Positions 9,597 to 19,010 of a stretch of 64,000 nucleotides of DNA are shown here, one piece after another. Source of the stretch: an uncultured Gemmatimonadales bacterium (GTDB lineage Bacteria; Gemmatimonadota; Gemmatimonadetes; Palauibacterales; Palauibacteraceae); contig CAWANJ010000006.1 in assembly GCA_963783385.1 (NCBI GenBank), positions 416,001 through 480,000 of the forward strand, read 5' to 3'. Below the pieces are notes generated by a model. The model saw only the letters and a program-made list of their open reading frames with translations. It did no database searches and was not told the origin of the DNA. The position numbers were made by a program, and so were the translations under genes. How positions within the stretch are numbered: position 1 is the first letter of the stretch; the number at the start of each line of letters is the position of its first letter.

Positions 9597-10712
9597 GTGA
9601 GCGTCGAGGTCCGGCCGGTTCGGTCCGGCGGCGACCGGGACGCGTTCATCCGGCTGCCGTGGCGGATCTACGCGGGCGACCCCAACTGGGTGCCCCCCCT
9701 GATCCGCGACATGAAGACCATGCTGGACCCGGAGAAGCACCCCTTCCATCTCCACTCGGACCTGGAGCTCTACCTGGCCCTCCGGGACGGCCGACCGGTC
9801 GGGCGGATCGCCGCGATCCACAACCGCCGACACGTGGAGTTTCACGAGGAGCCGGTCGGCTTCTTCGGCTTCTTCGAGAGCGAGAACGACCCGGAGGTGG
9901 CCGCGGGACTGTTCGATGCCGCCTCGGCGTGGCTCCGGTCGAGAGGTCTGCGCACGATCCGCGGACCCACGAGTCCGTCCACCAACGACGTCTCGGGCCT
10001 CCTGGTCGAGGGCTTCGACGATCCTCCGATGATCATGATGCCGTACAACCCGGCCTACTACGTGGACCTGGTCGCCGGAGCCGGCTTCGAGAAGGCCAAG
10101 GGCCTCGTGGCGTACGTGCACCGGGACCAGCAGCCGCCCGAGCATCTGGTGCGGGGGGCCGAGCTGGTGAAGAAGCGCTACGGCGTCTCGGTCCGATCCC
10201 TCCGGATGAAGGACTTCGACGAGGAGCTCGAGCGGGTCCAGGGGCTGTACAACGCCGCCTGGGAGGCCAACTGGGGCTTCGTCCCCATGACGGACGAGGA
10301 GTTCCGGTTCCTGGCGAGGGAGCTCAAACCAGCGGTCGACCCGGACCTGGTTCTCATCGCCGAGGACTCCTCCGGCGAGCCGATCGGCTTCGCGCTGTGC
10401 CTGCCCGACTTCAACGTCGCCATCAAGCACGCCAATGGGAGGCTGTTCCCGTTCGGGCTCCTCAAGATCCTGTGGCACTCGCGGAACGTGCACCGCATGC
10501 GGGTCCTCACGCTGGGGCTGGTCGAGGAGTGGCGCGGCAAGGGCGTCGACGCGCTCATGTACCTGGAGATCTTCCGCAGGGGCGCGGCGCGCGGCATCAC
10601 GGAGGGCGAGTTCTCGTGGATCCTGGAGGACAACGAGATGATGCGGCGCCCCATGGACCGGATCGGCGCGCAGGTCTCCAAGCGCTACGCGCTCTACGAC
10701 CGGCCTCTCTGA
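9597..10712 (+). CDS. cerS: Double-GNAT N-acyltransferase, bacterial ceramide synthase-like
   Basis: FIRLPWRIYAGDPNWVPPL, GRIAA, GFFGFFE, GLLVEGFD, MPYNPAYY, NWGFVPMT, SWILEDN. GTG start after GGGGAG, immediately downstream of spt. Confidence 0.75.
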   Translation: MSVEVRPVRSGGDRDAFIRLPWRIYAGDPNWVPPLIRDMKTMLDPEKHPFHLHSDLELYLALRDGRPVGRIAAIHNRRHVEFHEEPVGFFGFFESENDPEVAAGLFDAASAWLRSRGLRTIRGPTSPSTNDVSGLLVEGFDDPPMIMMPYNPAYYVDLVAGAGFEKAKGLVAYVHRDQQPPEHLVRGAELVKKRYGVSVRSLRMKDFDEELERVQGLYNAAWEANWGFVPMTDEEFRFLARELKPAVDPDLVLIAEDSSGEPIGFALCLPDFNVAIKHANGRLFPFGLLKILWHSRNVHRMRVLTLGLVEEWRGKGVDALMYLEIFRRGAARGITEGEFSWILEDNEMMRRPMDRIGAQVSKRYALYDRPL

Positions 10713-10782
10713 CCACGACCCGCCCCCCTCCCACGTCCGACCCGACCCCTCCTCCGCTCGCCCGGCGCGGCCGGAAGGGCCG

Positions 10783-11739
10783 ATGAGCGGAGTCTCGGGG
10801 ACCGTCCTCGTCACGGGGGCCACCGGCTTCGTGGGGAGCCACGTGGCCGAAGCTCTCCTGGACGCCGGCCACGCGGTGCGCTGCACGGTCCGACGGACGA
10901 GCGACACCCGCTGGCTGGACGGCCTGGACGTCGAGCGTGTCCAGGCGGACATGCGCCGCCGCGAGGCCCTCGCGGAAGCGGTGCGCGGCGCCACGTCCGT
11001 GGTCCACCTGGCCGGCATCACCCGCGCCTCCCGTCCCGAGCTGTATCGACGGATCAACGGCGATGGCACGGCGAGGCTGGGCGAGGCGGCGGTGGAGGCC
11101 GGCGTGCGGCGCTTCGTGTACATGAGCAGCCTCGCCGCCCGCGGACCGGATGGGGCCGAGGGACCGGTGAGTGATTACGGGGCCAGCAAGCGGGAGGGAG
11201 AGGAGCGCCTGCGGGGCATGACGGACCGCATGGAGGTCGTCGTGCTGCGGCCCGGCGGGGTGTATGGCCCCCGGGACGAGGACCTGCTCCCCCTGTTCCG
11301 GGCGGCCTCTCGTGGCTGGCTGGTGGCGCCCTCCGACGGGCCGGCGCTGCAGCCGGTCTACGCCTCCGACGTGGCGCGGGCCGTGCTGCGCGCGCTGGAG
11401 GGCGACGCGGGCTTCGGGCCCTTTCCCCTGGCCGAGGAGGGCGTGTACGACTGGCCTTCGGTCGGAAAGGCGATGGCCCGGGCCTTCGGGCACCCGGTTC
11501 GCCTGGTGAGGCTCCCCGGCCGGGCGTTCGAGGCTGTGGGCGTCCTGGCGCAGACGGCGTGGCGACTCGTGGGCAGCGCCCCGCCGCTGGACCGACGCCG
11601 CGCGCGGGACGTGGCGCGCCACCGCTGGACGTGCGACCCGGGTCCGAGCGAGCGGGCGCTGGGGTGGCGGGCGGAGGTGGCGCTCCCCGAGGGTCTCCGG
11701 CGGTCGGTGGCCTGGTACCGGGAGGCGGGCTGGCTGTGA
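10783..11739 (+). CDS. cerR: NAD(P)-dependent epimerase/dehydratase-family SDR, ceramide reductase-like
   Basis: VTGATGFVG, VHLAG, MSSLAARGP, YGASK (YxxxK), RPGGVYGPRD. The functional name is inferred from operon context. Confidence 0.65.
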   Translation: MSGVSGTVLVTGATGFVGSHVAEALLDAGHAVRCTVRRTSDTRWLDGLDVERVQADMRRREALAEAVRGATSVVHLAGITRASRPELYRRINGDGTARLGEAAVEAGVRRFVYMSSLAARGPDGAEGPVSDYGASKREGEERLRGMTDRMEVVVLRPGGVYGPRDEDLLPLFRAASRGWLVAPSDGPALQPVYASDVARAVLRALEGDAGFGPFPLAEEGVYDWPSVGKAMARAFGHPVRLVRLPGRAFEAVGVLAQTAWRLVGSAPPLDRRRARDVARHRWTCDPGPSERALGWRAEVALPEGLRRSVAWYREAGWL

Positions 11740-12617
11740 GCGGCGGGGCGGAGGCCGGGCTGAGGGACGGCCGTGGCGGGCTGGCGTCCGACGTGGTGCT
11801 CGCCGCGTATCTGCTGGTCACGGCCGTGCTCGCGCTGGCCGGCGGCAGTCGCGCGGGACTGATCCTGGGCTTGGCGCACGGCGCCGCCGCGGCGGCCGTG
11901 GTGCTGATCGCGCGCCGGCCACTGCCGCGCGCCGCGCTCCTGCGCTTCCTGCGAGTGGCCTATCCCCTCCTCCTGATGCCCGTCCTGTACGCGGAGCTCC
12001 GGGTGCTGGACCAGCTCCTGTTCCACGGCTTCTTCGACCCGACCGTGCAGGGCTGGGAGCAGGCCGTGTTCGGGACGCAGCTCAGCGTGGCGGCCGCGCG
12101 GGCCCTGCCCTACGCCTGGCTGTCCGTGATTCTGCACCTGGGCTACGTGTCCTACTACCTCATCGTCCCCACGGCGGCCGTGGCCGCCTACCTGGCGGGC
12201 GGGATGGAGGCGCTGGAGCGTGCCACGACCACGATCGCCCTCGGCTTCTTCATCTGCTACCTGTTCTTCCTGGTGTTCCCGGTGGCTGGCCCGCGCTACC
12301 TGTTCCCGCCGCTGTCCGGCCCGCCCGCCAGGAGCGAGGTGTACGCCGTCGTGCACGCCGTCCTGGACCGCGGCTCCTCCAAGGGTACCGCGTTCCCGAG
12401 CTCCCACGTGGCGGCCGCGGTCTCCTCCCTGCTGGCCGCCTCGCGTGAGAGCCGGCGGGCCTTCGCGATCCTGCTGCTGCCCGTGACCGCCCTGGTCCTG
12501 GGAACCGTATACGGGCGGTTTCACTACGGCGTGGACGCCATGGCCGGCCTGCTGGTGGCGGCAGCGGCGTTCGCGGTCACGCCGTGGCTCGTGGCCAGGC
12601 TGGGCGCCCGGGTCTAG
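11736..12617 (+). CDS. PAP2-superfamily membrane protein, Aur1/IPC-synthase-like
   Basis: Multiple TM helices with GYVSYY, FPVAGPRY, AFPSSHV and TVYGRFHYGVD motifs. The GTG start overlaps the previous stop (GTGA). Confidence 0.75.
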   Translation: MSGGAEAGLRDGRGGLASDVVLAAYLLVTAVLALAGGSRAGLILGLAHGAAAAAVVLIARRPLPRAALLRFLRVAYPLLLMPVLYAELRVLDQLLFHGFFDPTVQGWEQAVFGTQLSVAAARALPYAWLSVILHLGYVSYYLIVPTAAVAAYLAGGMEALERATTTIALGFFICYLFFLVFPVAGPRYLFPPLSGPPARSEVYAVVHAVLDRGSSKGTAFPSSHVAAAVSSLLAASRESRRAFAILLLPVTALVLGTVYGRFHYGVDAMAGLLVAAAAFAVTPWLVARLGARV

Positions 12618-12658
12618 CCGCGGCCGGCCCGGTGGCGGCCGGCCCCACGAGCGCCCGG

Positions 12659-12686
12659 GCAACCCTCGGCCGGCCCCGGGTATCAA
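12659..12686 (+). promoter_or_regulatory. Putative ECF-type (autoregulatory) promoter
   Basis: GCAACC - 16 nt - TATCAA just upstream of the ECF sigma gene. An AAC-containing -35 is typical of ECF promoters. Confidence 0.4.
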
Positions 12687-12712
12687 ACGGTCGTCCGTGA
12701 GCGGGGAGAGAG

Positions 12713-13264
12713 GTGGGAGAGACCGAGCTCGTCGAGCGCGCCAGGTCCGGTGACCAGGAGGCGATGGGGGCGCTGTACCGCGCCCACGCGTCCCGGGTCT
12801 ATACGGTGGTGCGCCGGCTCGCGGGGGACGATGCCCTCGCGGAGGATCTCGCCCAGGACGCCTGGATCCGCGCCTTCCGCAAGCTCGAGCTCTTCCGAGG
12901 GGACTCCTCCTTCGGAACGTGGATGTACCGCCTGGCCACGAACATGGCGCTGAACCGTCTTCGTCGTCGCGGCCGGCGGGACGAGGTGGAGCGCGAGGCG
13001 GACATCGTCCACGCCGCCGGCTCCCTCGACGAAGCGGTCATCAACCAGCGCATGCTGGCGCAGGCGCTCGACCGACTTCCTCCCGGCTATCGCAAGGTGC
13101 TGGTCCTGCACGACGTCGAGGGCCGTACGCACGAGGAGATCGCGGAGCTGCTGGGCGTGGCGGCGGGCACGTCCAAGTCCCAGCTCCACAAAGCCCGCGC
13201 TCGCATGCGGGAGCTTCTGGATCCCGGCGAGACCGAGTCGGAAGCGAGCACCCGTGAAGTCTAG
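12713..13264 (+). CDS. ECF RNA polymerase sigma factor
   Basis: AEDLAQDAWIRAFRKL, FRGDSSFGTWMYRLATN, LPPGYRKVLVLHDVEG..HEEIAELLG..GTSKSQLHKAR. Confidence 0.93.
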   Translation: MGETELVERARSGDQEAMGALYRAHASRVYTVVRRLAGDDALAEDLAQDAWIRAFRKLELFRGDSSFGTWMYRLATNMALNRLRRRGRRDEVEREADIVHAAGSLDEAVINQRMLAQALDRLPPGYRKVLVLHDVEGRTHEEIAELLGVAAGTSKSQLHKARARMRELLDPGETESEASTREV

Positions 13265-13274
13265 GTTGGAGACG

Positions 13275-14153
13275 ATGTCGGAGCATCTGGAACGAGAGAC
13301 GCTGTCCGCGCTGATGGACGAGCCGGGTTCCGACCCGGTCGCCTCCGCCCATCTCGAGGCGTGCCCGGCCTGTCGTCGGGAGTTCGAGATCATGCGCAGG
13401 ATGCGCATGGCCCTGTCGGCGATGGGCCAGCTGGAGCCGCCGGACGGCGCATGGAACCGGATCGAGGCCCGCCTACCCAGGGTGAGCCGGATCGGACGCT
13501 GGCTGGGTGTCCTGGTCGGCGACGGCTGGGTGGCGGCTTCGCTGAGAGCGGCCGCGGCCGTCGTCCTGTTCGCCGGCGGCGTGGCGCTGGGGCTGCGCGC
13601 CGGCGGCCTGGCCCCGGCCGGCCTCGCGTCGACGTCCGGGACCGTGGACTCCGGGAGCGTGGCGGCCGGCGGTTCGGCCGGGCAGCTCGCCCGGACGTCC
13701 GGGGACGCCGCCCGACCGGGCGGTACATCGAGCCCCGAGCTCGCGGCCCGGAACGGCGGCCCGGCGCGCGCCGGCGAGGCTGCGGTGCACGGCAACGCGT
13801 CGCTCTCGGGGCGCGAGGCGGCCGGCCTGGCCCTGGCGAGCACCGGGGGCGGCTTCACGGACGGGGGCTCCGGATCCGTGAGCCTCCCGGCCGACCTCCC
13901 GGAGCCCTACCGGGCCATGTTCTCGCGGCTCGAAGCCCTGCGGACGCAGGGTCCGAGTCCCACCGAGGCGCTCCGTGACCCGCAGGCGGCGGCCCAGCAC
14001 CTGGCGCGGCTGGACGCGCTGATCCGGGCCTCGCGGGAGGCAGTGCGGCAGATGCCCGCCGACCCGGCGGTGAACGACTTCCTGTTCCAGGTCGTGGCGG
14101 AGCGGAACGAGCTCGACCGCGTCCTCCACGTGGCGTCGCTGGAGTACCATTGA
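13275..14153 (+). CDS. Zinc-binding (ZAS) transmembrane anti-sigma factor
   Basis: HLEACPAC (HxxxCxxC), one TM helix (AAAAVVLFAGGVALG), directly after the ECF sigma gene. Confidence 0.85.
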   Translation: MSEHLERETLSALMDEPGSDPVASAHLEACPACRREFEIMRRMRMALSAMGQLEPPDGAWNRIEARLPRVSRIGRWLGVLVGDGWVAASLRAAAAVVLFAGGVALGLRAGGLAPAGLASTSGTVDSGSVAAGGSAGQLARTSGDAARPGGTSSPELAARNGGPARAGEAAVHGNASLSGREAAGLALASTGGGFTDGGSGSVSLPADLPEPYRAMFSRLEALRTQGPSPTEALRDPQAAAQHLARLDALIRASREAVRQMPADPAVNDFLFQVVAERNELDRVLHVASLEYH

Positions 14154-15268
14154 TGCGTCCCGTCGCCCTCCTCGTGGCCCTCCTGCTGGCGGCTCCCGCC
14201 GGCCTCCGGGCCCAGGGCGCCGCCCCCCAGGGCGCGGCCCGGCAGGACAGCGCGCCGGCCTGGATCGGTGTGGGTCTGGCGGGTCGCACGACCTGCGGGG
14301 ACGGGCACGGCGGCCCGGCCCGGACGGCGTCGGACTGCCACACCGCCTTCATCGCCGAGACGGTAGTCCTGGGGAGCCCGGCCGACAGCGCCGGCATCGA
14401 GCCCGGCGACACGCTGGTGACGATCGCCGGCCAGGCGCTCGGCACGGCGGCGGGCGAGCGGGCGCTGGGCCGTCTCCGGGCTGGCCAGGCCGTCGACGTG
14501 CGGGTCGGCCGCGAGGGAGGAGAGCGGACCGTGCGCGTGGTCCCGAGGGCGCGGCCCTCGGGGGCGCCGGTGGTCCGCGTGCGCGTGGCGCGCGTGGATG
14601 CGGATGGGCCCGACGTGGTGCGGGTGCGGCTCGCGCCCCTGGCCGTGTCTCCGGTCCTGTCTCCCCATGGAATCCCGGCAGTCCCGGCTCCGGGGACCGC
14701 CCCGGAGCGCATGGCGACGTCCTCGAGCTATACGCTGACGCTACCCGCGCGGAGGGCCCCGGACGGATCGGAGACCCTGTTCCGGATCGACATGAACGGT
14801 CGGCCGATGGTGTGGCGGAGCCTGGGCGGCGCCGCCCCGGACTCGATGTCGCCCGACCTGCGGGCGCTGCGCGACTCGGTCCTCGAGGAAGCCAGGGCCC
14901 GGCTGGACTCCCTGCGAGAGGTGTTCCGGGGCCACGTGTGGGCCGCGATGCAGAACGCCGACGCGTTCGGGTCGCCGGCAAGCACGGCTCGCCTGGCGGG
15001 GGCGGAGTTCCGGCCCCTGAGTCCGGCGCTGGCCGAGTACTTCCGTGGGGCCGATCGCGGCCTGCTCGTGCTGCGCGTGCTTCCGGGCACGCCGGCGGGG
15101 TCGCTCGGGCTCCGTCCCGGCAATGTGGTGGTGCGCGCGGCCGGCGAGCCGGTGCGTGACGCCCTCGATCTGCGCTCGGCGCTCGTCAAGGTGGCGCCCA
15201 CCGACTCGGTGGCGGTCGTCTGGGTCCGCAAGGGGCGGACGATGAAGGGAATACTGAAGGGGCGCTAG
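14153..15268 (+). CDS. Secreted protein with two PDZ domains
   Basis: Signal peptide; WIGVG..VVLGSPADSAGIEPGD and GLLVLRVLPGTPAGSLGLRPGNVV PDZ motifs. No protease triad evident. Confidence 0.8.
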   Translation: MRPVALLVALLLAAPAGLRAQGAAPQGAARQDSAPAWIGVGLAGRTTCGDGHGGPARTASDCHTAFIAETVVLGSPADSAGIEPGDTLVTIAGQALGTAAGERALGRLRAGQAVDVRVGREGGERTVRVVPRARPSGAPVVRVRVARVDADGPDVVRVRLAPLAVSPVLSPHGIPAVPAPGTAPERMATSSSYTLTLPARRAPDGSETLFRIDMNGRPMVWRSLGGAAPDSMSPDLRALRDSVLEEARARLDSLREVFRGHVWAAMQNADAFGSPASTARLAGAEFRPLSPALAEYFRGADRGLLVLRVLPGTPAGSLGLRPGNVVVRAAGEPVRDALDLRSALVKVAPTDSVAVVWVRKGRTMKGILKGR

Positions 15269-15280
15269 CGGCCGCCGCCC

Positions 15281-15790
15281 TCAGAGCCCCTCGGGATGCC
15301 GGCCCACTTGCGCCTCGAGCATCTCGATGCCCCGGCGCACGCTCTCCGGGATCGGAGCCTTGCTGGAGGCGCCATAATCGAACGAGACGACCACGCTGGA
15401 TCCCCTCGCCGCGAGCGCCTCCTGGTCCAGCGACACCAGCCTGTACTCGAGGGTGAAGCGATCCTCCCCGACCTCGGTCGCCCGCGTGGCGGAGATGACT
15501 CGGTCCGGATAAACGAGGGCCCTTCGGAAGCGGCAGTCGGCCGAGTGCAGGATGGCCCCGATCCCGCTGCGCTCGTAGGACGCTTGGAAGCCGCAGCGCA
15601 CCAGGTACTCGACGCGCGCGGACTCGAAGTAGCGGAAGAAGGCGGTGTTGTTGACGTGGCCGTAAGCGTCCATGTCCGACCACTGCACCGGAAGCTGCAC
15701 GGTCACCGGGTATGCTTCCAGCGATGTCTCGGGTCCACCCGGACCCGCTGCCCGGCCCGGACCCGCGCCGGGCGCGCTATGCTCCTCCAT
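15281..15790 (-). CDS. Acyl-CoA thioesterase (4HBT/YbgC hot-dog fold)
   Basis: VQWSDMDAYGHVNNTAFFRYFESAR. Confidence 0.9.
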   Translation of the reverse strand: MEEHSAPGAGPGRAAGPGGPETSLEAYPVTVQLPVQWSDMDAYGHVNNTAFFRYFESARVEYLVRCGFQASYERSGIGAILHSADCRFRRALVYPDRVISATRATEVGEDRFTLEYRLVSLDQEALAARGSSVVVSFDYGASSKAPIPESVRRGIEMLEAQVGRHPEGL

Positions 15791-15965
15791 GGCCCGCCTT
15801 TCCGTCGGTCGAGGTTGCCTGCACCAACGTGGGGGTCCCGGGCGTCCGCACGCCAATCCGGCGCCCGCCGGGCCGTCCCGCCCATTGGCCCGCCGGCCGC
15901 GGGGGTCGTAACGTCAGGAGGCGAAGACCCCTGCCGCGCCCCGTCCGGACGGCGCAGAGGAGACG

Positions 15966-16462
15966 ATGGCTCGGAGTAAGGACTTTCCCCCCCTGATCGT
16001 GGCGGTCGTGCTCGGAGCGCTCACCTTCGGGTTCCTGCACCTGCACTTCGTGACGTCCTGGCAGGAGCTGTACGTCAATTCACCGTGGCCGGGGTTCGAC
16101 GAGGCGGCGCGCCGCGGGCTCATCCAGCCGTGGTTCACGAACTCGCCCCGCAGCCTTCGCGTCACGGAGGTCGTCCTGTCCGGGCTCGCGTTCCTGGTGG
16201 GGCTCATCCGCGGGTCGCAGCCGTGGGCCACATCGTTGGCGCTGTGGCTCGGTGTCATGATTCCGCTCGTGCCCGTGCTGGTCGCGCGCAGCCTCCTGTC
16301 GACAGCCGCATCCTCACGATCACGATGTTCGGCCACGGGGACATCCCGACGCTCGCCCTCCTATACGAGGCCGTGCGGACGGGGGTGCCCATCGTCGCGG
16401 GGATGCTGTGCGCGGTGATCCTCCTGTTCCTGTGGCGGGCGCTGTTCGGCGGTTCCAGGTGA
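15966..16462 (+). CDS. Small multi-TM membrane protein, apparent frameshift near 16295
   Basis: The hydrophobic ORF from 15966 turns to junk after VARSLL. The hydrophobic continuation (VDSRILTITMFG...LFGGSR) is in another frame ending at 16462. Confidence 0.55.
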
Positions 16463-17604
16463 GGTCGGGCGAGACACCGGAGGCCGAGGCGCGCCCGGCC
16501 GGCGAGGGACCGTTCGGAGCGCTGAGCGCGGAGCTGCGATCCCTGTTCCGCGCCTGGGGAGACGATCCGGCCTCGTGGCCCGCCGAGCGCTTCGGCGAGC
16601 TGGCGCTCCGGGCGTTCGAGCTCCAGTGGAGCACGGTGACCGCCTATCGGGCGTACTGCGCCGCGCGCGGCGTGCGGCCATCCACGGTCAGTGACTGGCG
16701 CGACATCCCCCCGGTTCCGACGGCCGCGTTCCGCGAGGTGGACCTGGCGGTCACGCCGCCGGCCGGGGCCGACCTCGTGTTCCGAACGAGCGGCACGAGC
16801 CGCGGCCCCGGCCGGCGGGGACGCCACCGCGTCGTGGACCCGGAGCTGTACCGAGCGGCGCTGGAGCCGGTGTTCGAGCGCTTCGTCCTCGGCTCCGGCA
16901 GCCGTCCCTGCGTCCTCTCCCTGGTGCCGCCCTTCGAGCGCGGCCGTGACTCGTCGCTGGCCTGGATGTGCGACGACATCGCGGCGCGGTTCGGCGCTCC
17001 CGGGTCGGGGAGCGTGGCGCACGGGGGCGAACCGGACTGGGCGGAGGCGCGGGCCCTCGTGGAGCGATGCGTGGCAGACGACGTCCCGGTGTGCGTGCTG
17101 GGCACCACGCTGGCCGTGGACGCCTGGGTCGAGCGGCTCGAGGCTCGCGGGGAGGCGCTCCGACTGCCCGAGGGCTCGGTCCTCATGGACACGGGGGGCG
17201 CCAAGGGACGCCCGGGCCTGCGGCGCGGCGCCGTCGTCGAGCGCCTGGGACGCGCGCTGGGTCTCTCCCCGGAGCGCGTGATCAACGAGTTCGGCATGAC
17301 CGAGCTCCTCTCGCAGCGCTACGGTCGGGGCGAGGCCGGCGTCGGCCCCTCCCCGCCACTCCTCGGCCCGCCGTGGCTGCGGACGCGGGCCCTGGACCCC
17401 GTGAGCCTCGAGCTCCTTCCGGAGGGCGAGGCGGGGGTCCTCTGCCACCTCGACCTGGCCAATGCGGGAAGCGTCGTGTGCATCCTCACGGAGGACATGG
17501 GGAGGATGCGCGGCGGGGCCCTCGAGTGGATCGGCCGCTCGCCCGGGGCTCCACCCCGCGGCTGCTCCCTGGCCACGGCCGAGCTCCTCGACGCGCTTGG
17601 CTGA
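16459..17604 (+). CDS. LuxE-like acyl-protein synthetase
   Basis: IPPVPTAAFR, FRTSGTS, MDTGGAKG, INEFGMTELLSQ, DLAN, ILTEDMG, and C-terminal PRGCS with the acyl-accepting Cys. Confidence 0.85.
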   Translation: MRSGETPEAEARPAGEGPFGALSAELRSLFRAWGDDPASWPAERFGELALRAFELQWSTVTAYRAYCAARGVRPSTVSDWRDIPPVPTAAFREVDLAVTPPAGADLVFRTSGTSRGPGRRGRHRVVDPELYRAALEPVFERFVLGSGSRPCVLSLVPPFERGRDSSLAWMCDDIAARFGAPGSGSVAHGGEPDWAEARALVERCVADDVPVCVLGTTLAVDAWVERLEARGEALRLPEGSVLMDTGGAKGRPGLRRGAVVERLGRALGLSPERVINEFGMTELLSQRYGRGEAGVGPSPPLLGPPWLRTRALDPVSLELLPEGEAGVLCHLDLANAGSVVCILTEDMGRMRGGALEWIGRSPGAPPRGCSLATAELLDALG

Positions 17605-19003
17605 GCGGGGTCCGCGGCGAGAAGAGGGCCCGTGGCACCTGCCCGGGCTGCCCGTCGGGCAAGACCTCCCGGGCGTGGACGGGGCGGCGGCATCCGGGCG
17701 TCTCTTCCGGGTGCCCCGGCTCGAGCGGGTCGACGCGGAGGCCGTCGCCCGGGAGGTCCGCGCCGCGGCGATCGAGGCCCGGCGCCAGCTGTCGACCGCG
17801 GAGGTCGTCGCGGCGGCCTCGCGCGCGGCCCTGAGGCTGACCGATCCGGAGGACCCGGCGGGGGCGGATGCGGTCGCGATCCTCGCCGCCGAGCTCTCGT
17901 GGCCCGAGCCCCTGTCGCGTGAGACGCTCGCCGGCATGGCCCGCGGGTGGACGCGGGAGGCCCTCATCTCGGTGGTGGACCGCGAGCTCGGGGGCCCGGC
18001 CGCCCTGGACGGGTGGACGACCTCCGGCTCGGCGGCGCTCGCGGGGCGGCGGCGACGCGCGGCGGGTCCGCCCCTGCTGCTCGTCGTCCACGCCGGCAAC
18101 GTGCCGGGCGTGACGATCACGGCGGCGCTGCGCGGCCTGCTCGTGCGCTCGGGCGTCCTGTGCCGGGCCTCGGGGTCGGAGCCCGGGCTCCTGGCCTGCT
18201 TCGCCCGCGCCCTGGCCGAGGAGCACCCGCTCCTGGGCCGGTGCCTGGCCACGACCTGGTGGCCCCCCGCGCACGAGGCTCCGTGGGACGCGTGGGTAAA
18301 GCGCTCAGGTAAAGTGGTTGTGTACGGTGGCGATGCCGCCGTCGAAGGCGTGCGCTCCAGAGTCCCCGCGCACGTCGATCTGGTAGCATACGGTCCCCGG
18401 CTGGGGGTCGCCGCCGTGCTCCCCGATGCGCCGCTGGAGGAGACGGCCACCGCCCTGGCCCGCGACGTGTGCGCCTACGAGCAGCGGGGCTGCGTGTCGC
18501 CGCGTCTCGTCTACGCCGTGGGACGGGAAGGACGCGAGCTCGGCGAAGCCCTGTCCGGGGCGTTGGAACGGGAGGTCGCCAGGCTGCCGCGCCCGGCGGC
18601 CGACGCGGCCACCGCCGTGGCTCTGCGCTCGGCCCGGGCCGAGGCCGAGTTCGCGGCCCTCGCCGGCAGGCCGGTCCACCTGGAGGCGAGCGGGGAGACG
18701 GCGGCGTGGACGGTGGTCGTGGGAGGCGACCCGCTGCGCTCGGACTCCCTGCCCCGCTTCGTGCGCGTCCACGCCGTGGGTGACGTGGCCGAGCTCGAGC
18801 GCGTCCTGGCGCCCCTGGAAGGTCGGTTGCAGAGCGTGGGCTACGCGGGCGCCGCGGGGCTGGACGCGCTCGCCGACGTCGCGGCGCGGCTGGGAGCCTG
18901 CCGGGTCGCTCCGGTGGGAAGCCTGGCGTGGCCGCCGCCCGACTGGCTCCACGATGGGCGCCCGCAGCTCCTGCCGCTGCTGGCCTGGACCGAGTGGGAG
19001 TGA
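17597..19003 (+). CDS. LuxC-like acyl-CoA/acyl-protein reductase (ALDH fold)
   Basis: HAGNVPG, VVVYGGD, YGPRLG, catalytic YEQRGCVSP, PPPDWLHDG. TTG start overlapping the luxE-like stop. Confidence 0.82.
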   Translation: MAERGPRREEGPWHLPGLPVGQDLPGVDGAAASGRLFRVPRLERVDAEAVAREVRAAAIEARRQLSTAEVVAAASRAALRLTDPEDPAGADAVAILAAELSWPEPLSRETLAGMARGWTREALISVVDRELGGPAALDGWTTSGSAALAGRRRRAAGPPLLLVVHAGNVPGVTITAALRGLLVRSGVLCRASGSEPGLLACFARALAEEHPLLGRCLATTWWPPAHEAPWDAWVKRSGKVVVYGGDAAVEGVRSRVPAHVDLVAYGPRLGVAAVLPDAPLEETATALARDVCAYEQRGCVSPRLVYAVGREGRELGEALSGALEREVARLPRPAADAATAVALRSARAEAEFAALAGRPVHLEASGETAAWTVVVGGDPLRSDSLPRFVRVHAVGDVAELERVLAPLEGRLQSVGYAGAAGLDALADVAARLGACRVAPVGSLAWPPPDWLHDGRPQLLPLLAWTEWE

Positions 19004-19010
19004 CGCCCGG

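Noticed and set aside
16459-19003. Bioluminescence operon
   Set aside because: No luxA/luxB/luxD in the window.
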